Shown: positions 58,599 through 64,000 of the stretch, piece by piece
Position numbering within the stretch: position 1 is the stretch's first letter
How the letters are laid out: each line of letters starts with the position of its first letter
NCBI GenBank assembly: GCA_047601445.1
Contig: JASGJH010000001.1
Location: forward strand, 1,536,001-1,600,000
Direction of reading: 5' to 3'
Source: Myxococcales bacterium
Lineage (GTDB): Bacteria; Myxococcota_A; Polyangia; Polyangiales; DASUME01
DNA: 64,000 bases
Notes under the pieces: generated by a model
Database searches by the model: none
The model's input: the letters and a program-made list of their open reading frames with translations, nothing else
What the model was told of the DNA's origin: nothing
Position numbers and translations under genes: made by a program

Positions 58599-60362
58599 TC
58601 AGCTCGCGAAGTCGGCGGCGATCACATGCTCGATATTGCGCTCCGCCAGCGCCGTGATCGAGAGGCTCGGGTTCGCCCCCAGGCCGATGGGAATCAGGGA
58701 GCCATCGGTCACGTACAGCCCGGGGTACTCGCGAATCCGCCCGTATTCGTCGGTCGCCTCACCAAGCGGCACGCCGCCGAGGGGATGATAGGTGCACTGG
58801 TCCCCGAATTGCCCGTTGTCCTGAAAGGTGAGCTGGGTCGAGTACGCGGTGCCGTTCGCCGCGTTGACCTGATCGAAGATGTACTTGGCGGCCGCCACCG
58901 AAGGCTCGTTTTGTGAGCGAGTCCACTGGAGGTTTACGCTGTCGCTGCCCGCGTCGTACTTGAAGTAGCCGGCTTCGGGGTTATCCGCGATCAGGATAAT
59001 GAAGGATTGCCACGAGGGGACGCCCACCGGAAAGGGGGCAAACTCCGCCACGGTGCGCCGGCCCTTGCCATCGCGCGTGATGAGGCAGTGGGAAGGAATG
59101 GTGCACTGATCCGCGCCCGTCGGCAGGGAGAGCGGGGTATCGAGAGCCACGAACAGATCGCCGTTCGGGCCCCACTTGGTGCCGACCTTCTCGTTGAGGT
59201 TCGGCAGATCGCCGCGTTCACGGGCCGCCACCAAAAGCTCGCTCGTGGCCATGCTGCCCGCACCGACGAACAGGTGAGTGCAGCTGAACTCCTTGCGCCC
59301 GAGCACGCTGCCCTTGAGATCGATGTTCTCGACCTCCACCACGTAGCCGCCTGCCCCATTGGGTTTGATGCGCTTCACGATGTGCAGAGCGTGGAGGGTC
59401 AACAAGCCCGTCCCGAGGGCCTCAGCCAGGTAGGTCTTATCGAGACTGCGCTTGCCGTAGTTGTTGCCGAAGCCCGCCTCGCCGCCCAGTGCCGAGCGCG
59501 GCACCTGGTTGTCGAGCTCGCGCTCCATGTAGTCGAAGTCGTAGCCAGACTGGAGCTGGGCCCACTTGAAGCCCGCGTTGCGCGCGAGTTCGATGCCCAC
59601 GCGAGAGTAGCGATAGAACTCCGAGTCGATCATGCGCTGTGAGGCGGAACCTGCGTGGAGCATCATCTTCGCGCGCGGCAGATAGGTCCCGTAGAACGCG
59701 TCGGCGTCCACCGCCGGCAGGGTGCGCTCGAACATCGAGCGATCCGGCGCGAGGTAAAGCGCCATGTTGACCAGCGAACCGCCACCGACCCCTCGTCCCT
59801 GATAAACACGCATCTCGCGCGGCCCGCGCGCCTCGAGCACACCTGCCTCCACCGGAGTCTCCATCTCGGTGGACACGCCGAGGAAGGTCTTCACCTGGGC
59901 CTCGGTCTTGCTCTGGAACCACATCGCCCGACCGTCGGGCGTGAAGGGCTTGCAGAAGATCTTGCCGTCGTCGCCAGGGGTGTTCCAAAGCCGCCCCGCC
60001 TCCAGCATCGTCACCGGAATGCCTGCCTCCGTCAGGCGCAGGGCCGTCACCGCGGATCCGTAGCCGCTGCCGATGATCAACACCGAAACTCCGTTGCGAT
60101 CCACGCGCACACCCGAGTCGTTCAGCGTTGCCGCGTCGTGCCCGGCGTCCGTGGTCCCCGGCTGGCCTCCGCCCGTGGCGGCATCTCCCGCGCCGGCGTC
60201 GTCCTCCGAAAGATCATGATCGTCCCGCGCATGCCCCGCTGCAGGGCTACCGCCGCAGGCACCGAGCAACCCGAAACTCGCCACGCGCCCGAGGGAAAAG
60301 CTCGTCATGCCCAGGCTGGCGGCAACCCGAAAGGCCTGCCGACCAAAGTCGCGTCGATTCAT
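58599..60362 (-). CDS. choA: Cholesterol oxidase (GMC, Streptomyces ChoA type) with a Tat-lipoprotein signal
   Basis: RRDF Tat motif plus LGAC; IIGSGYG.AVTALRL, DGKIFC, GRGVGGGSLVN, NNYGK.SLDKTYL; catalytic-equivalent AEFAP, YHPLGG and GANP motifs. Confidence 0.88.
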   Translation of the reverse strand: MNRRDFGRQAFRVAASLGMTSFSLGRVASFGLLGACGGSPAAGHARDDHDLSEDDAGAGDAATGGGQPGTTDAGHDAATLNDSGVRVDRNGVSVLIIGSGYGSAVTALRLTEAGIPVTMLEAGRLWNTPGDDGKIFCKPFTPDGRAMWFQSKTEAQVKTFLGVSTEMETPVEAGVLEARGPREMRVYQGRGVGGGSLVNMALYLAPDRSMFERTLPAVDADAFYGTYLPRAKMMLHAGSASQRMIDSEFYRYSRVGIELARNAGFKWAQLQSGYDFDYMERELDNQVPRSALGGEAGFGNNYGKRSLDKTYLAEALGTGLLTLHALHIVKRIKPNGAGGYVVEVENIDLKGSVLGRKEFSCTHLFVGAGSMATSELLVAARERGDLPNLNEKVGTKWGPNGDLFVALDTPLSLPTGADQCTIPSHCLITRDGKGRRTVAEFAPFPVGVPSWQSFIILIADNPEAGYFKYDAGSDSVNLQWTRSQNEPSVAAAKYIFDQVNAANGTAYSTQLTFQDNGQFGDQCTYHPLGGVPLGEATDEYGRIREYPGLYVTDGSLIPIGLGANPSLSITALAERNIEHVIAADFAS

Positions 60363-60420
60363 GGGCCTGAAACCTAGTCATGGCGACACCGAGCACTCCA
60401 TGGCCGCGCGCGGCCAATCA

Positions 60421-60571
60421 CTTGCTGTCGGCAGCAAGCGTGGATGGGAGGGCACGCCCCCTCGCCGCCCGTCCCATCGCAGAGATTCGCGGTGCTCACG
60501 GTTTGGGTGCACGCGCACGGAGTTCGCCCGGCGCGGATAGCCAATCAATGGCCGCGGCCAGCAATTGCTGG
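60421..60571. promoter_or_regulatory. Palindromes in the divergent oxidase/esterase promoter region
   Basis: CTTGCTG-TCGG-CAGCAAG (60421-60438) and CCAGCAATTGCTGG (60558-60571). Confidence 0.4.
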
Positions 60572-60604
60572 ATAGCCCACCGACTGACTAGCTTCGGCTC
60601 ACTT

Positions 60605-62077
60605 ATGACAGCGCCTCGCCATGTTGCTCACCACTCCTTGATCGTCCGCTTCTGCTTGCTCGCTGCGAGCCTCACCGCCTGTTCGGATGGCGGCCGAGCC
60701 CAGGGGGCCCCGCCCAACTCCTCGGCCGGCGATGGCGACGGGGATGGCGATGGGGATGGGGACGGCGATGGAGATGATACCGACGAGGGGGACGGCGACC
60801 GCCCCGGAGTTGGCGATGGAGACGGAGACGGAGACGGTCATGGAGATGCCGGCACCGACGCCGGATTCCGAGGCTCGTATCAGGAGGTCTTCGATCAGGG
60901 CCTCACGCGCTACGTCGGGACCCCACAAGTGAAAGAGACGGAGGTCACCACCTCCGGAAGCGGCGACACCCAGCTGCAAATCCACCACTTCTCCAGCGAC
61001 AACCGCGGTCCCGCGTGCATGTACGGCGACGAGTACTTCGTGGAAACCCGCCAGGGTTCCTCGGACACACTGATGATCTTCCTGCAGGGTGGCGGCGTGT
61101 GCTTGACCGAGATCTGCGCGGCCACGCCCTCGCCCATCCTCTCGCTCCAGCTATTCGACGTCGCTAGCTCCATCGGCATCGGCGGCCTTCTCGACCCGCG
61201 TAACGCCAACAACCCCACCAAGGACTTCGACGTCGTCAATGCGCCCTACTGCGACGGATCTCTGTTCGCAGGAGACGTGGACCGCATCCTCTCCGACGGC
61301 AACGACAGCAACGGGAAAGACGATCAAGCCTACCAACGCGGGCTGCAGAACCTCACCGCCACGCTGGAGACCGCCCACCGCCTGTTCCCGTCCCCGCCGC
61401 GCATCGTGCTGATCGGCTCGAGCGGAGGAGCTTACGGCGTCGTCGCGGGGACGGTGCTCACGCGCTACTTCTATCCGGACACGCCGCTGCTCGTGATCTC
61501 CGATTCGGGCGCCCCCATCGTGAACGGCATCGACAAGGGCTTCATCACGCGCGCGCTCACCGAGTTCAACGCCATCAGCCTGATCCCGAAGTCATGTCCG
61601 GACTGCCTCGCCAACGGGCACGCCACGGGCATGCTCGAGTGGGCCCTCGATCTCGACCCCCAGCTCACGGTCGCCTACATGACCCACGCGCGCGATCACG
61701 TGATCGGTGAGTTTTTCATGAAGACCACGGCGGATCAGTTTCAGGCCGCCGTGGTGGGCGAGACCGATCGCATGCTCGCCAAGTTCCCCGACCGCGCCTA
61801 TCGCTTCGTCATTCCCACCAACCGCCACACGCTCACGATGGGCCTCGACGACCTTCCCGACGGACTCCAGGGCTCGGTGCTCGGTTTCGCAGGCGGCCTG
61901 GGCTTCGGCTTCATCGGCCCGGACGTCAACAGCGAAGCGCTTTCGACCTGGGCCATGGGCGGCATGAAGGAGACCGGGAAGGACGACGACGGGAAGGCCT
62001 GGACGGGCTACGACTGGGTCCGCAGCTTGCTCAACGATCCATCGAACACGCCGAGCGTGTTGCAGCTCCAACCGTGA
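60605..62077 (+). CDS. Pectinacetylesterase/Notum family hydrolase, lipoprotein with a (GD)n linker
   Basis: Lipobox LTAC; IFLQGGGVC, PYCDG, nucleophile GSSGG, DSG. Confidence 0.85.
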   Translation: MTAPRHVAHHSLIVRFCLLAASLTACSDGGRAQGAPPNSSAGDGDGDGDGDGDGDGDDTDEGDGDRPGVGDGDGDGDGHGDAGTDAGFRGSYQEVFDQGLTRYVGTPQVKETEVTTSGSGDTQLQIHHFSSDNRGPACMYGDEYFVETRQGSSDTLMIFLQGGGVCLTEICAATPSPILSLQLFDVASSIGIGGLLDPRNANNPTKDFDVVNAPYCDGSLFAGDVDRILSDGNDSNGKDDQAYQRGLQNLTATLETAHRLFPSPPRIVLIGSSGGAYGVVAGTVLTRYFYPDTPLLVISDSGAPIVNGIDKGFITRALTEFNAISLIPKSCPDCLANGHATGMLEWALDLDPQLTVAYMTHARDHVIGEFFMKTTADQFQAAVVGETDRMLAKFPDRAYRFVIPTNRHTLTMGLDDLPDGLQGSVLGFAGGLGFGFIGPDVNSEALSTWAMGGMKETGKDDDGKAWTGYDWVRSLLNDPSNTPSVLQLQP

Positions 62078-62204
62078 GCCAACGCGCGCATCCTGGTAGG
62101 CCACGCCACACGTTTCAGAGGTGACACCAGGGCCCGACGGTTTCATAATCGGCCAGCGCCGGCGCGACTAAGGCAGGTTGCACCGGTGGAGGTAGTGGCC
62201 TGCG

Positions 62205-63359
62205 ATGAGCACCCTTCGGTCCTATGCACCCGGCATGGATGACTCGCCTAGGTCCGCCTCGGAGCGGCCTGTCGACGGGCAGAGCGTCGCGTCCAAACCT
62301 CCGCAAAGCATGAACCCCGGCCCTGATTCACCGAGCAACCTGGCGGTTTCTACCATCTCCATGGCGGTGGTGCGTGGGCTGGTCGAGGCCGTGGAGCAGG
62401 CGGGCGTAGAGCGCGCCATCTTCCTGAGTCGCGCCGGCATCGAACTGGAGAGCCTGCAGGCCGCCGACCTGCGCATCCCGCGCGCCGAGGGGTTCCGGGT
62501 GTGTGAGTTGGCGCTCGATCTCACCGATGATCCCGCGTTCGGACTCCACTGGGTCGAGCGCCTCAGTGAGCGCATGTTCGCGCCCGTCTCACATCTGATT
62601 GCCCACTGCCCGAGCCTGCGCGACGGGCTCGCGCTGCTGGCGCGGTTTTTCCGCCTGCTCGGTGACGACGCGCCCTATCGGGTGCTCGAGGACGGCGACC
62701 GCGTGACCATCCAGTGCTTCAGCACGGATCATCCGAGCGTGCGCACGCGCCGCTTCGAGGCCGAGATGCTGATGGGGGGATTCTGGAAGCTGGTTCGCAG
62801 CTTCAACATGAATGCGCGCCCGGAGCAGGTCAGCTTCAGCTACCCCGCGCCTCCCTATCACGCCGAATACACGCGCCTCTTCGAGGGCCTGCAGCGCTTC
62901 GACGAACCCTTCACCGGCCTCGTCTTCGACAGCGCGCTACTGAACGCCCCGTCGCCCCAGAAAGACGACGACGTACGCGAGGCCCTGCAAGCGCTCGCCG
63001 AACGGCGCCTCCTGCGCGTGACCCACAGCACGCCGTACTCCACGCGCGTCCGCGAGTTCCTGGTGCGCGAGGGACTGCCGCACCGGACGGACATGCAGAG
63101 CGTGGCCCGCGCGCTCGATATCAGCGTGCGCTCGTTACGCAGGCGGCTCGAGGAAGAATCCAAGCCCTACAACGAGATCCTCGGCGAGGCACAGGCAGCC
63201 GTGGCCAGGCAGCTGCTGCAAGATCACCGGCGCACGATCCAGGAGATCGCCTACGAGATGGGGTTCTCCGACCCGAGCACCTTCCATCGCGCGTTCAAGC
63301 GCTGGACCGGCATGACGCCGAGCGCCTACCGCGAAGAGCTGCTGCGCAACTCGGGCTGA
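62205..63359 (+). CDS. AraC family transcriptional regulator
   Basis: DDPAFGLH N-terminal domain; SVRSLRRRL...IAYEMGFSDPSTFHRAFKRWTG; start uncertain. Confidence 0.93.
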   Translation: MSTLRSYAPGMDDSPRSASERPVDGQSVASKPPQSMNPGPDSPSNLAVSTISMAVVRGLVEAVEQAGVERAIFLSRAGIELESLQAADLRIPRAEGFRVCELALDLTDDPAFGLHWVERLSERMFAPVSHLIAHCPSLRDGLALLARFFRLLGDDAPYRVLEDGDRVTIQCFSTDHPSVRTRRFEAEMLMGGFWKLVRSFNMNARPEQVSFSYPAPPYHAEYTRLFEGLQRFDEPFTGLVFDSALLNAPSPQKDDDVREALQALAERRLLRVTHSTPYSTRVREFLVREGLPHRTDMQSVARALDISVRSLRRRLEEESKPYNEILGEAQAAVARQLLQDHRRTIQEIAYEMGFSDPSTFHRAFKRWTGMTPSAYREELLRNSG

Positions 63360-63493
63360 GGCGAGCTAGCCCCGGCTGGTGTCGTTGAACACCATGACAG
63401 CGCGTTGGCCGGCTCCGCCTTACCATCTCTCTGACGAGCGCTCGCGGCCACTTCCAGCCGTTGCGTGCTCCCATCCAGGAACCTGCGGGGGAC

Positions 63494-64000
63494 ATGGTAA
63501 ACGCGGAACCGTCCTACGATCGCGCGCTGTACTTCGACGCCACGGTGCTCGCCTTCTCGCTTCGCTACTTGAGCCTCTATTTCTCGGGCGAACAGCTATT
63601 GGCGCGGGTGGCCCTGATGCTCGGTCGCACTGCTGCCTCGATGGGAGAGGCCCACCAGCTGGCGGCCGCAGGCCCCCTCGAGGACCTGTGCTGGCTGTTG
63701 CGGAACACGCCCGCGGCAGAGCAGATTCTGCTCACTCATTTGCTCCTCGCGACCGCGGCGCCGACCTACGACGCAACCCATCGACAGGGCCTGATGCGTG
63801 ACGCCGAGGCGCTCGGCGTGAACAAATCGGAGTTCGAGCGCATCGAGAACGACGTGGCCGCCCGCATGGGCCTGCTCGGCTATCCACGCCTCGGGCCGCC
63901 CCCACTTCGCTTCCCCCCGCGCGAGCTCGAGTTCGTGCAAGTCCATGGCGGCGAACGTCTGCACGTGGTGCTCGGCGTGCCGGGCTTCCTCGGCATCGCC
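63494..64000 (+). CDS. 5' part of a gene running off the window; possible DUF726/TMCO4-like hydrolase
   Basis: Open from ATG 63494 to the window end: ...TYDATHRQGL...LGV...FERIE...ELEFVQVHGGERLHVVLGVPGFL; not in the ORF track. Confidence 0.55.
   Translation, partial: MVNAEPSYDRALYFDATVLAFSLRYLSLYFSGEQLLARVALMLGRTAASMGEAHQLAAAGPLEDLCWLLRNTPAAEQILLTHLLLATAAPTYDATHRQGLMRDAEALGVNKSEFERIENDVAARMGLLGYPRLGPPPLRFPPRELEFVQVHGGERLHVVLGVPGFLGIA

Overview
High-GC, gene-dense bacterial chromosomal DNA. The style points to Myxococcota (Polyangiales/Sandaracinus-like; inference): many Cys-rich and (Gly-Asp)n-linker lipoproteins, MopE-type repeats, hybrid kinases and a Hanks kinase. About 60 CDS are supported. 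I saw no rRNA, tRNA, CRISPR array, integrase or transposase. Main points: (1) A candidate sterol capture/uptake/modification locus at 53.9-63.4 kb, with a Tat-lipoprotein cholesterol oxidase, a lipoprotein, a FadL-type outer-membrane channel, a Cys-rich lipoprotein, a P450, and a divergent Notum/pectinacetylesterase-family esterase plus AraC. (2) An exbB-exbD-tonB operon convergent with a short outer-membrane protein that is not a classical TonB-dependent transporter; both promoters carry paired Fur-like boxes. (3) A 115-aa protein that looks like sigma70 region 1.1 fused to region 3 only. (4) A split alpha-2-macroglobulin-like pair without a thioester motif. (5) An internally deleted AHL-lactonase-family pseudogene. 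(6) Two single-base frameshifts (MG2 gene, P450) that may be sequencing errors. (7) ORFs missing from the ORF track, including a 38-aa basic MGDKSPK peptide and partial genes at both window ends. All family calls come from recognising motifs by eye; no searches were run. Many start codons were moved downstream of the ORF-track starts using RBS, signal-peptide and overlap evidence.
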